Shown: positions 50,846 through 63,658, counted from the stretch's first letter. The stretch is DNA of 64,000 nt from Octopus sinensis (GCF_006345805.1 NC_043000.1:138074001-138138000), one strand, 5' to 3'. The notes: generated by a model from the sequence alone, not told the origin. Numbers and translations are program-made.

Positions 50846-51480
50846 ACTTTCAATGCCAAAGTTTGGTATAAGTTCAAGGATTTTCAAGATATCTTTAGAT
50901 GTCTTTCCCACCTTCGTTTTAGGGAGTAGAATATTAACTTTTCAGTATCTCCCTGTAGTTGACACGTCACATTGAGATAATCTTCTTTGTGTAACTTTGG
51001 ATTGCTTTGGTTTCTGTCTTTAAGTTTCACTATGGTGACCATAGTTAGGAACAGTGGTCTAAATGGCTGGGGACAAATGCCCTTCTGAGGACCATCATGC
51101 TTTCTGGTTCTCACATTCTGAAAGTCCTAAGGATCCAGCCAGCCAGCCGTTTGCATTTTGTTGCCAATGTAGTAATATGCACCTTGAAAGATACATCATT
51201 AACCATGTCAACACCCATATCATGCACTAATTTTGATTCACAGATTGCAATCACTCCTGGGCCAGTATATCCTATTTCATCCAGCTTCATGTGCTGGTAG
51301 TGCAGGGCTTGGAATTTTCCTGCATTAAACTGCATGTTATTGTTCTCAGTCACCTGTATACTGCACTCAACTTTAGGGTTCTGTATCCTCTGAGAGACCT
51401 TTGTATCATCTGCATAGCTGTTAAGAGTGGATATCTGAGCATGGTTATGTTTGAGTTTAGTGTTTTTCCTTCAGAATGTT
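50846..51480 (-). mobile_element. Decayed CR1-like LINE, YADD to thumb region, opposite strand
   Basis: NSYADDTKV, QFNAGKFQALHY, DMGV..F.VHI..KCKRLAGWILRTF, YSLKRRWER. Confidence 0.8.
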
Positions 51481-51754
51481 TCATGTCTCTTTATTTTCCC
51501 TTTATATTTGTTTTGCAACATTAGTTTTCTAAAGCCCATCCATATTAATCCATTCACATTTCATGACCTTCATGAATTCATCATCAGGTTGAAATGAGTA
51601 TAATAATTGTTTTTAACACAGGCACAATACAGAAAATTTCAAGGAAGCATTAGTCAATTATATTGACCCAAATTTTAACTTGTGCATCATTTTATTAGCT
51701 TTAGGAAGATGAACTGCAAAATTACCTTCATGAGATACAAATGATAAACAACTC

Positions 51755-52143
51755 TTTTACTCTTTTACTTGTTTCAGTCATTTGACTGTGGCCATGCTGG
51801 AGCACCGCCTTTTTGTTGAGCAAATCAACCCCAGGACTTATTCTTTGTAAGCCTAGTACTTATTCTATCAGTCTCTTTTGCCGAACCGCTAAGTTATGGT
51901 GACGTAAACACACCAGCATCAGTTGTCAAATGATGCTGGGGGGACAAACACAGACACACAAATATATATACATATATACGACGGGCTTCTTTCAGTTTCC
52001 ATCTACCAAATCCACTCACAAGGCTTTAGTTGGCCTGAGGCTATAGTAGAAGACACTTGCTCAAGGTGCCACACAGTGGGACTGAACCTGGAACCATGTG
52101 GTTCATAAGCAAGCTACTTATCACACAGCTACTCTTACATCTA
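51755..52143 (-). mobile_element. SINE family A (CpG-decayed)
   Basis: Full-length match. Confidence 0.9.
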
Positions 52144-53814
52144 TGCAAACACTGCAAGGAATTTTTCTGATACTATGCTCCTGCCAATATACCACCACAA
52201 TGAAGTGTTAATAATACCAGGTTCTTTATACACTTTACAGTAAGCTTGAAAAGGATCAAAGGAATGCTGTTATATCTGATAAAATTACCAATGCTGGATC
52301 TGAGAATTATACAACATTTAAGTTCTTGTATAATTTTAATCTAATTTACAAGTGATGCATCTGGTGTTGATCTTTGCTTTGTATATAAAGCTACTATAAT
52401 GAATAGCTTCAATTTTGGGGACATTCTGAACAAAATTTCACTGCTGTTAACTAATGATTTTCTGTCTAATTTTATTACATGTATGGCATCATAGTGAATT
52501 GGGCTCATTGTTGTAAATGCACGCTGATCAGTCATTATTTCCCGTGCAAGTATAAAACTTATTTGAAAGACAAAAGCTTTCATTCTAATCAAAAGAAACT
52601 CTCCAAAACCTGAATTGCTGAATAAGTTGATATACTTTATCCTTGTTTAAAAAGTTCATAAATGTGTATCCTACTACATGTACAATGTAGTTAGATCTAC
52701 CACTCTTTTATAGTTTTGAATCATTTCAATACTACGTATAATACAAATAGAAGAAAAAAAGACAGATTTGTCAAGCAACAGATAATGGTTTCTAATATAG
52801 GTAAAATAGCCACTTAAAACAACATCAGAACTTGATTAGAATTTATTTTATTAAACTAGCCGGAAATCTAAGTAAACATGAATGGGATTTGAGAAGTGAA
52901 TTAAAAAAAGATGGAATAGAGTAATGCTAGGTGTTCTGTCTGATGCTATGCTGATTCTGCCATTCCAACAAGCTCTTTAGATAGGCATGATTCTCGTTCA
53001 GGAGTTTTAATTAAGAGAAAATTGGAGAGTGGGGAAGCATTCAGGCATTTTTTGAACAGCGTTATTGAAGTAAATAAAGTAAAATAGCTTCAGCCAGGAA
53101 AATATAACCAAAAGATGCAGTTGTTTCACAAAGAATATATTTTCACTCCGAATCAAGGAAAACATAGCAAAGCCATTAGATGGAAGTTTGTTTCAGCAGA
53201 AACGGAGGAAGAAAGAGAAATTTTAAAATCAGGTGGTTTTGTACATAGAGTTAAACATTCTCATCTATTTATAGCAATAATCAAAACGATTTTGTTTCCA
53301 AATCGACTGGTTGTTTTTTATGTTACACCAGTTTACATATATTTATGCTAAATCAACAGCATACCTCAGATCTATAATCAGGTATATGAACATGAAAGGT
53401 GTTAATTAAGAGTAATCATTAATGTGAATTACTGATTATTTTAGATAGTAGTTTAAATTCATCATGACAAAACATAATAAAATTCATCATCATCATCATC
53501 ATCAGCATCACAATCATCTTTATACACTAAACATCATCAGTATTGTTTTTCCTTTAGGTGATTTTTTTTTTCTTTTTTTTTTGTATATATCATGATAAAT
53601 TTCATATGTATATGTGCTTAATTATTTTTGAACTATAGGTACAGTAATTACAGATATGTGTTACATGTTAAAATATCTACATTTGAGGTGAATTGTGCTT
53701 AATTAAGCTTGCAAGCAAGAGAAAATATTTCAAGAAAATCTGTGATTAAGAAGACGAAATAAATTATCAAATTCCTACAAATATTAATGTAATTCATTTA
53801 ATCAGGTATTCACA

Positions 53815-53820
53815 CGCATG

Positions 53821-53856
<36 letters not shown>

Positions 53857-53948
53857 TTTGCATGCAGGGACACATACATTTGTATGCACACACATTCACA
53901 TTTGCATGCAGGCACAAATATATTTGTATGCACACACATGCACACACA

Positions 53949-54004
<56 letters not shown>

Positions 54005-54030
54005 TACACACACACACAAACATGCACATA
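53815..54030. repeat. (CA)n/(CT)n compound microsatellite
   Basis: Directly visible. Confidence 0.95.
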
Positions 54031-54223
54031 CACCAGACATAACTTTTACATCGCCAAGTAATTTCAAAAGCTTATGATAGAATTACCAACAATTTTCTTT
54101 TAAAAATATACACGTCTCTTGAAACAAATTGAAAGTAAAGAATTGCCTAACCTATCCAAGTGTGTAAGAACAAACATAAAATGATGATGATGATGATGAT
54201 GTCACAAAGAATGGTGACTGAAA

Positions 54224-54256
<33 letters not shown>

Positions 54257-54561
54257 AAAGTCGTGATGGCAAGGGATGCGGGAAAGCATCTTTACAGATT
54301 CAACACATTAGAAAAAAGATTGTCAAAAATAAAATAAAAGCAAAGTAAATAGATTGGCCAATAAAAAAAATTGCCAACAATTATGGATTAGATCTAAGCA
54401 GTCTGTACATGTCTGTGTAGATACACCTGCATACACATACTCATGCACAATAGGGTATAGCACATAAAAAAAATTATGGAAATTGAATAAAGTCGTCCCT
54501 TTAATTGTCACTAAGTTGTATCTTATTTAAGAAACATATTTTAATAGTGGTATTAAATTCT

Positions 54562-54843
54562 TAGTGCCAGTGCCACCTCAATTGGCTCCCATGCCGGTGG
54601 CACGTAAAATACACCAATCCGACCGTGGCCATTGCCAGCCTTGCCTGGCACCAGTGCAGGTGGCACGTAAAAAGCACCCACTACACTCACGGAGTGGTTG
54701 GCGTTAGGAAGGGCATCCAGCTGTAGAAACGCTGCCAGATCAGACTGGAGCCTGGTGCAGCCTTCTGGCTTCCCAGATCCCCGGTAAAACCGTCCAACCC
54801 ATGCTAGCATGGAGAACGGACATTAAACGATGATGATGATGAT
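54562..54843 (+). mobile_element. RTE 3' fragment
   Basis: Hairpin repeat units, shared 3' end and (GAT)n. Confidence 0.88.
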
Positions 54844-54924
54844 TAACATGATTTGGTTCTTTTTTATTTAAAAATATCTACAATTATCCTTTGATAGATA
54901 ATTAATAATGATTGGTAATTAACT

Positions 54925-55335
54925 TACTCTTTACTCTTTTATTCTTTTACTTGTTTCAGTCATTTGACTGTGGCCATGCTGGAGCACCGCCTTTAGTCAA
55001 GCAAATCAACCCCAGGACTTATTCTTTGTCAGCCTAGTACTTATTCTATCGGTCTATTTTGCCAAACTGCTAAGTTACGGGGACATAAACACACCACCAT
55101 CGGTTGTCAAGTGATGTTGGGTGGGGACAAACACAGACACACAAACATATACACACGCATATACATGCATATATACGACGGGCTTCTTTCAGTTTCTGTC
55201 CACCAAATCCGCTCACAATGCTTTGGTCAGCTCGTGGCTATAGTAGAAGACAGTTGCCCAAGGTGCCACGCAGTGGGACTGAACTCAGAACCATGTGGCT
55301 GGTAAGCAAACTACTTACCACACAGCCACTCCCAC
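54925..55335 (-). mobile_element. SINE family A
   Basis: Full-length match. Confidence 0.9.
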
Positions 55336-55424
55336 ACTTAGGATAACTTGCATAATTTTCATGTCATAATATAAGTATTATATTCGTAGTAATGTTGAGA
55401 AATGAGATACGAAAATATATCAGA

Positions 55425-56187
55425 TACTTTACTCTTTTACTTTTACTTGTTTCAGTCATTTGACTGTGGCCATGCTGGAGTACCGCCTTTAATCGAGCAA
55501 CTCGACCCCGGGACTTATTCTTTTGTAAGCCCAGTACTTATTCTATCGGTCTCTTTTGCCGAACCGCTAAGTAACGGGGACATAAACACACCTGCATCGG
55601 TTGTCAAGCAATGCTAGGGGGACAAACACAGACGCACAAACACACACACGCATATATATATTGTGAAGGCGCATGGCTCAGTGGTTAGAGCGTCGAGCTT
55701 ACGATCGTGAGGTTGTGAGCTCGAATCCCGGACCGGGCTGCGTGTTGTGTTCTCGAGCAAGGCACTTTATTTCACGTTGCTCCAGTTCACTCAGCTGTAG
55801 AAATGAGTTGCGACGTCACTGGTGCCAAGCTGTATCGACCTTTGTCTTTCCCTTGGATAACACTGGTGGCGTGGAGAGGGGAGGCTGGTATGCATGGGCA
55901 ACTGCTGGCCTTCCATAAACAACCTTGCCCGGACTTGTATCTAGGAAGGTAACTTTCTAGGTGCAATCCCATGGTCATTCATGACCGAAGGGGGTCTTTA
56001 CCCTTTATATATATATACATATATACGACGGGCTTCTTTCAGTTTCCATCTACCAAATCCACTCACAAGGCTTTGGTCGGCCCGAGACTGTAGTAGAAGA
56101 CACTTGCCCAAGGTGCCACGCAGTGGGACTGAACCCGGAACCATGTGGTTTGTAAACAAGCTACTTACCACACAGCCACTCCTGCGC
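55425..56187 (-). mobile_element. SINE family A split by a nested family D SINE
   Basis: Tail half 55425-55662, head half 56005-56187. Confidence 0.9.
55665..55998 (+). mobile_element. tRNA-derived SINE family D
   Basis: ggcgcatggctcagtggttagagc A box, gagctcgaatccc B box, distinct body; inserted in the TA tract of family A. Confidence 0.8.
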
Positions 56188-56464
56188 CTTGTAAAAGATA
56201 TTTGAAAAATTCAAAAAATAAGCTCCAAAAACTCATTATTTCTACTTCTTTATTCTCGTGCATACACTTTTTGTTACATTCATTTTAAAAGCATTCAGAA
56301 CTATTTGAGCATTACACGGGGCAGGGCTTCTCAAAATGTTTAATTACTCACCTTGTGCTTTATTTATGTTTTCCAATGAGTCTTGTTAAAATCCATTCCC
56401 TTACCAATTTTAATGTACACACTATATCAGACCAAAGTAATTTAATTCTAGGTGACAGTTTGAC

Positions 56465-56797
56465 ATGGGTACGCAACTGGTACTAAATTTATCAACCCCA
56501 AAAGGATGAAAGACAAAGTCGATCTCGGCAGAATTTGAACTCAGAATGTAAAGACAAACAAAATACCTATTTCTTTATTACCCACAAGGGGCTAAACACA
56601 GAGGGGACAAACACGGACAGACATAGGTATTAAGTCGATTACATCGACCACAGTGCGTAACTGGTACTTAATTTATCGACCCTGAAAGTATGAAAGGCAA
56701 AGTCGACCTCGGCGGAATTTGAACTCACAACGTAACGCAGACGAAATACCGCTAAGCATTTCGCCCGGCGTGCTAACGATTCTGCCAGCTCACCGCA
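56465..56797 (-). mobile_element. SINE family B tandem dimer
   Basis: Junction aaaatac|ctatttctttattaccc at ~56567. Confidence 0.88.
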
Positions 56798-57205
56798 TTT
56801 CACCAGGTGTACTTCGACCAGCTCATCCTCAAACATACTTATACACACACAAAGGTAGTTATATTCACATATAAATATATTTAAACTGAAGATATTAACA
56901 ACTTGATTTTACCAGAAATATTATATATATATTCTTAATTCTTGGACTGAAGAGATATTTTGAATCGAAAGATAACTTCAAATCACACTACAAAGTTAAT
57001 ATTCCCAAGCATATTCTATATATAGATCTCCCAACATTCTTGTTACGACTATATATTTTAGGCTGTTAATTCGAAATTACCAAATGTGTTCTGTATAAAG
57101 ATTTCATTTACACAGAGCCACAACCTATATTTACAGAATGTATTCATTTATTTGTACAGCTATAATTAGAAGAGAATTTATCAATTTCGTGATTCTATTC
57201 CTGAG

Positions 57206-57296
<91 letters not shown>

Positions 57297-57354
57297 TTCA
57301 ACCTACGTGGGAAATTCTTCTTCCTGCAAATAAGAAAACCTGATTAACTGATTC

Positions 57355-57690
57355 TGCAATGGAGTATTTTCTGTGAATTATCCTGAAGCATAAGCAGCCT
57401 TATTTTGATAGACTTATTTGACAATTTCTAATAGAATACTAATTATGAAGAACATACTACTCAAATATTCATTAATTGAAAATTAGGTAAATACTATTTT
57501 CTTAAATGGTGTTAGTATTCAAAAAATTATAAGCACTCAATATTAAGCTATGAAAATTAATTCAGAACATTAGCATAAAGGATTAATCATTATTGATACA
57601 AGTTCAATACCACAACATGTGATAATTTACCATCAGTGTTAGAACATGCCTACTAATAAACACTTTCAATAATACCTCCTTAAACTGTTT
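57355..57690 (+). repeat. Unit U, left arm of a long inverted repeat
   Basis: About 90% identical to the reverse complement of 62003-62330. Confidence 0.9.
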
Positions 57691-57776
57691 TATATATTTA
57701 TAATGTGACCACGTGTGTATCGTTGGTGATATTTTTTCCTTCATCTTCCCTTCCTTGGATCTTTCCTTTTCCTATC

Positions 57777-57809
57777 TTTCTGACGAAGAGCTCCGCTTGA
57801 AACGTTAAA
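57777..57809 (+). ncRNA. Minimal hammerhead-like motif (degenerate)
   Basis: UUU CUGACGA A GAGC-UCC-GCUU GAA ACGU U AAA; palindromic ACGU stem III, only 3-bp stem I. Confidence 0.45.
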
Positions 57810-57922
57810 TCCTCCTTCTTTCTTTCCTTTCTTGAGCGTCCAATAACACTATACTTGTTCCACGTCCTCATGTTGTTGTGTTTTCTCTTTGTGTTTTCAT
57901 GTTTGGATTAACTATATATATA

Positions 57923-58146
57923 CAACTTATAGATAAGGGCAAATGAAAAAATTTCTAATGCCAAATATTCCGAAATTAGACACATTGTCCATAACCATTA
58001 TAATTTTTTCACAATACACATGCTACTCAAAAAAGGTCGACAGAAATTTCTAAAAAATTCCATTATTACCATATCGGACCAATTTTAGGGTTATTTCAGC
58101 ATATTTGGCATTAGAAATTTTTTCGTTTACCCATATTTATAAGTTG
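57923..58146. mobile_element. MITE with ~50-bp TIRs
   Basis: caacttatagataagggcaaatgaaaaaatttctaatgccaaatat / atatttggcattagaaattttttcgtttacccatatttataagttg. Confidence 0.8.
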
Positions 58147-58249
58147 TTTATAAATTTAACCTTTAAAGGTATTTTTTAATATGCTGGCCATTGATAAAAT
58201 TTTTTTTTCAAAAAATTTTATCCTACATTAAATATATATATACATACAT

Positions 58250-61200
58250 ATAAAGACCCTCACTAGTAAAGAATGTACCCACCAACATAGACTAGTTATT
58301 AGTGGCTTGCTCTTAAATATAAAGACCCTCCCTGGTAAAGAATGTACCCTGCAACATAGACTAGTTATCAGTGAATTTAGACTCGAGGCCAGAAGGATGC
58401 AAAAAAGCAGACCAATCTGGAAAAGAAGGACTTGGAAGCTTAAAAAACCCTTCGCATGGTCAGAGATTTAGGGATAACCTTACCAAGAAATTTGATTATA
58501 GGGAGGAGGAGCTACAGTCCTGTAACATAGAAGGCAGCTGGGAGTTCATGCAAGACAGCTTGCTGAGTGCCACAGGTCAAATCTGTGGCTGGTGCAAAGT
58601 CCCTTCCAGACCTAGGGTAACATGGTGGTGGAATAATACTGTAGAAAGGGCCATTAGAGCAAAGAAACGGGTTTGGAAGGCCTGGAAGATTGGGGATAGC
58701 AGGGGAATGTATTAGATAGCCAAAAGGGAAGCTAGGAGACAGGTATATATAGCCAAGGGTGTAGCAGAAAAGAAATTAACCAATGTTCAGTGAAATGAAG
58801 ACCAAAGAACTGAAGTATTTCAGATTGCTAGACAGTGTGTGAGAGAAAACTGTGATGTCATTAGAGAGAAATGTGTCTGCATGGATAATGGTGCCCTTGC
58901 ATTTACTTATCCTGCAAAGAAAGAGGCTTGGAGAAGCCATTATGAAAGATTGCTGAATGTGGAGAATAAATGGGAAGAGAAGAGTCTGCCAAAGGTCGAC
59001 CCAATTGAGGGACCAGCTACCTGAATTGACAGTACCCTGGTAGATAAAGCAATTAAGGGTATGAAGACATGGAAAGAACCTGGCCCATCAGGAATCACGG
59101 CTAAAATGCTTAAAATATCGGGTGGCGAGCTGGCAGAAACGTTAGCACGCCGGGCGAAATGCTTAGCAATATTTCGTCTGCCGCTACGTTCTGAATTCAA
59201 ATTCCGCCGAGGTTGACTTTGCTTTTCACCCTTTCGGGGTCGATAAATTAAGTACCAGTTACGCACTGGGTCGATATAACCAACTTAACCCGTTTGTCTG
59301 TCCTTGTTTGTTCCCTCTGTGTAGCCCCTTGTGGGCAGTAAAGAAATAGGTGTGGGTTAATGGTCTTGTCACCTACATCATAAATCAGGTAGTTCATGAA
59401 GGAGTCAAAACCAATGACTGATGTAGCAGCAACATAGTCAACTGCTACAAGAATAAAGGGGATACTTTGATAGAAATAACTATAGGGGTATCAGATTATT
59501 GGATCAGGTGATGAAGTTCCTGAGATGGTCATAGCCCAACTAATTAGGAAGAGAGTTAGCCTAGATGAGATACCGCTTGGTTTTGTGCCAGGCAGAAACA
59601 CCTCTGATGCTATATTTCTGGTAAGGCAACTGCAGGAGAAATATCTTGCCAAAGATAAACCTCTGTATTTGGCTTTTGTTAACTTCGAGAAAGCCTTTGA
59701 CAGGGTTCCCTGATTCCTTATCTGGTGGTCAGTGCAGAAACTGGGGATAGACGAGTGGTTGGTAAGAACTGTACAGGCCCTGCACAGGGATGCTGTCAGT
59801 AAATGAGGGTTGGCAACGAGTATAGTGAAGAATTCTGAGTAGAAGTAGGGATTCACCAAGGATCAGTTCTTAGCCCCACTTATTCATTATAGTTCTCCAG
59901 GCAATAACAGAGGAATTCAAGACAGGCTGCCCTTGGGAACTCCTCTCTGCTGGTGACCTTGCCCAAACAGCCGAGTCACTGCCAGAACTAGAGATGAAGT
60001 TTAGGGTGTGGAAGCAAGGTCTAGAATTAAAGAGTTTTCGGGTTAACCTAGCAAAAAAAAAAAAAGTCTTAGTAAGTAGAAAGGCTGTCAAATCATAAAT
60101 CCCTTCAGGTAGATGACCCTGCTTGATCTGTAGAAAAGGTGTGGGTAGAAACTCCATACGGTGTACCTGGTGTAAGCTATGGACACATAAAAGGTGCAGT
60201 AATATCAAAGGAAGGTTAACCGGGAAGATAGTTTTTGTGTGTGGCAGATGCACAGGGGCAATAAACACCAAAGACATACAGAAAACAGATTCCATCACAT
60301 GCCAGTGGAAGAAACTAGAAGTAGTTAATAGCTTCTGCTAACTAGGCGGCCAAGTCTGTAGTGGGAGTAGTCTGGGCAAAGTTCAGAGAGCTCCTACCTC
60401 TGCTAGCAACTAAGGGCCTCTCACTCAGGATGAAAGATAGACTGTATAAGGCATGTGTGCTAACTGCCATGCTACATGGCAGTGAAACATGGGCAATGTC
60501 TGCTGAGGACATGCGTAGGCTTGAAGGAAATGAAGCTAATATGATCTGCTGGATGTGTAATATCAGTGTACATACATGACAAAGTGTAAGCCCCCTAAGA
60601 GAAATTTAGGTATGAGAAGCATCAAATGTGGTGTGCAAGAGAGACAACTGTGCTGGTATGCTCATGTGTTACATATGGATAAGGACAGCTGTGTGAGGAA
60701 GTGCCACTTCCCTAACTGTGGAAGGAACCTGTGGAAGAAGTAGATCCAGGAAGACATGGAATGAGGTAGTGAAGCATGACCTTCGAATGTTGGACCTCAC
60801 AGAGGCAATGACGGGAGACCAAGACCTTTGCAGATATGCTGTGATTGATAAGACCTGACAACTAAAGCAGGATCACAGCCACGCATGCCTGACCCAGTTA
60901 AGTGTATCCCTGATGTGTCAGATGATATGATATGCTTGAGAAGACCTGCTGAGTCAAGTAAAACCAATATCATAGATGTAGCCAGTACCTCCTAACTGGC
61001 TCCCATGCTGGTGAAACATTAAAAGCACCATCCAAATGTGATCGATGCCAGGTCTGCCTAACTTGCTCCTCTGCTGGTGGCATGTAAGAAGCAACATCCA
61101 AACGTTGCCAATGCCAGTACATCCTGACTGGCTCTCATGCTGGTTGGATGTAAAAAGCACCATCTGAACTTGGCCGATGCCAGTACCCCCTGACTGGCCC

Positions 61201-61495
61201 CTGTGCCAGTGGCATGTAAAAAACACTATCTGAACGTGATTGATGTCAGACCCACCTGACTGGTTCCTATGCCAGTGGCACATAAAAAGCAACCACTAAA
61301 CTTTCAGAGTGGTTGGCGTTAGGAAGGGCATCCAGCTGTAGAAACATTGCCAGATCAGATTGGAGCCTACTGCAGCCGCTGACACTCCAAACCTCAGTCA
61401 AATAGTCTACCCATGCCAGCATGGAGAACAGATGTTAAACGATGATGATGATGGTGATGATGATGATGATGATGATGATGATGTTGATGATGATG

Positions 61496-61535
<40 letters not shown>
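58250..61535 (+). mobile_element. 5'-truncated, decayed RTE-clade LINE (end of APE, RT, 3' UTR, (GAT)n tail)
   Basis: QHRLVISEFRL, TWWWN, LGFVPGRNTSDAIFLVRQLQEKYLAK..AFVNFEKAFDRVP, CCHC-like region, LHGSETW; many stops and frameshifts. Confidence 0.93.
59121..59349 (+). mobile_element. SINE family B nested in the RTE RT
   Basis: Near-consensus, CpG-intact copy. Confidence 0.92.
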
Positions 61536-61536
<1 letters not shown>

Positions 61537-61544
61537 AAATATAA

Positions 61545-61675
61545 ATTCAGAACATTAGCATAAAGGATTACTCATAATTGATTCAAGTTCAATAACACAA
61601 CATGTGATAATTTACCATCAGTGTTAGAACATGCCTACTAATAAATACCTTCAACAAAACCTCCTTAAACTGTTA
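61545..61675 (+). repeat. Duplicate of the 3' ~130 bp of unit U
   Basis: aattcagaacattagcataaagg..cctccttaaactgtt matches 57558-57690. Confidence 0.9.
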
Positions 61676-61687
61676 TATATATATATA

Positions 61688-61975
61688 TCATCATCATCAT
61701 CATCATTTAGCGTCCGTTTTCCATGTTAGCATGGGTTGGACGGTTCAACTGGGGTCTGTGAAGCCGGAAGGCCGCATCAGGCCCAGTCAGATCTGGCAGT
61801 GTTTCTACGGCTGGATGCCCTTCCTAACGCCAACCACTCCGTGAGTGTAGTGGGTGCTTTTTATGTGCCCACCCACACAGGTGCCAGACGGAGCTGGCAA
61901 ACGGCCACGAACAGATGGTGCTTTTACGTGCCACCGGCACAGGGGCCAGGCGAGGCTGGCAATGGACTGGCTAAC
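61688..61975 (-). mobile_element. RTE 3' fragment at the palindrome centre
   Basis: (CAT)n plus reverse-complement RTE 3' end. Confidence 0.88.
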
Positions 61976-62002
61976 AGATATATGTATATATATGTATATA
62001 TA

Positions 62003-62330
62003 ACAGTTTAAGGAGGTATTGTTGAAGGTGTTTGTTAGTAGGCATGTTCTAACACTGATGGTAAATTATCACATGTTGTGGTATTGAACTTGAATCAATA
62101 ATGATTAATCTTTTACTTTAATATTCTGAATTAATTTTCATAGCTTAATATTGAGTGCTTTGAATTTTTTGAACACTAGCACCATTTCAAAAAATAGTAT
62201 TTACCTAATTTTCAATTAATGAATATCTGAGTAGTATGTTCTTCATAATTAGTATTCTATTAGAAATTGTCACATCAGTCTATTAAAATAATGCTGCTAA
62301 TGCTTCAGGATAAATCACAGAAAATACAAT
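62003..62330 (-). repeat. Unit U, right (inverted) arm
   Basis: Reverse complement of 57355-57690. Confidence 0.9.
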
Positions 62331-63229
62331 TTTCATACTTCTTGATATGAAATGCTGCCTCTTTTCATACTGTTTTCTTTGTATTTCAATTTTATTTAGC
62401 AGTTTTTTCATAATAATATATATTCTACTCCTCTTTGAACAAAAATTACTATATTCTCCACACAAAACTGATTCTGATTTTTTGTAATTGAATATTCTTA
62501 CAGTTCATATCTGGATTCTACTTTTCAAGCTAATTGCAGGTACTTACTAATCACATACATTGAACTGAATTTATTGTAATAATCATTGACTTCCATGGAA
62601 GCCAATTGATAATTGTTTTTATGATCCAAAATTGTGTGATGACATTTTTAAGATTACGACATTTCTGTAAAAAGGGAAATACTTGTACATATATTAACAT
62701 ATTATCATGTATTTAAAATGCAACGATGTTAGCTGTAAGATACATTTTATTCCACTGTTTGAGCTATTTTCCTTGTGTTTTGTCTTTAATATTTTAGTGA
62801 GTAATCTATTCTGATACATTTTATTTTGACATGACTTTCAAAAACTTGTGAATTTTTAAAACACTAGGTTTCCATCACAACTAATAAGTTTACGAAGCAA
62901 AATTTTTATATAAACCTACATATCGTTGCCAAATGAATACGGACTCCTTGATCCATTTTCAAATAATATCTTTTGTTCAAATAGGCTTACATTTTGTAGA
63001 TTTTCTAGCACTTTTGTATAAGTATCAAAATATTTTGCTTGATATTCCACTATAAGTAATAAAGTACTGATTCTCTTACCAACAAGCAAACTTTTAAGCA
63101 GTCACATCACCTGTCAGAAATATCACCCCACTCAAACCCTACTGTCTAAAAGATGGAAGGACACTTTGGAATAATGTAATCCTGGATACAACAAAAAGAA
63201 AAAATAAAGATGAATTTGTCCCAACTGCC

Positions 63230-63398
63230 AGTCAATTAGATCGACTCCAGTACACAACTGGTACTTAATTTATCAACACTGAAAGGATGAAAGGCAAAGT
63301 CGACCTCAGCAGAATTTGAACTCAGAACGTAGTGACAGATGAAATACCGCTAAGCGTTTCACCCAGCATGCTAATGCTTCCGCCAGCTCGCTGCCTTG
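63230..63398 (-). mobile_element. SINE family B (CpG-decayed)
   Basis: Reverse-complement match with CG to CA/TG changes. Confidence 0.85.
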
Positions 63399-63658
63399 TA
63401 CCAACTGTAATGCCTATGACTCTAGATTAGCAGAATCATTTATTCATTGGGATCTTTACATGGACAAAACAACAATGCTAATTTCTCCTATTTTACCATC
63501 ACTATTAAACTGGTTCCATAAAGGTCACTTTGAAATCAAATTCCTCAATTTATAAATAAATTATGATAAAAAAAAAACCCAGTTGCAGCATGGAAAGTGT
63601 TTATAAGCCATGTAAAAACACACATAAACCGTTAGATTCACTTCAACATTTGAATTTA

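Noticed and set aside
49790-51480. Twin-priming inversion of a single CR1
   Set aside because: The 5' half lies beyond the 3' end of the other half and the pre-YADD sequences differ.
51560-51600. Additional minus-strand hammerhead (CUGAUGA..GAAA)
   Set aside because: Stem II is 3 bp at best, and there is no convincing stem I or cleavage triplet.
53115-53351. 78-aa ORF or AETEEEREILKS microexon
   Set aside because: No recognisable domain and a weak donor; indistinguishable from chance.
55665-55740. tRNA gene
   Set aside because: A and B boxes are present, but no acceptor stem or cloverleaf closes and the sequence continues into a SINE body; the same holds for the other SINE heads.
58371-60579. 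Functional host gene or active LINE ORF
   Set aside because: RTE motifs are broken by many stops, frameshifts and a SINE insertion.
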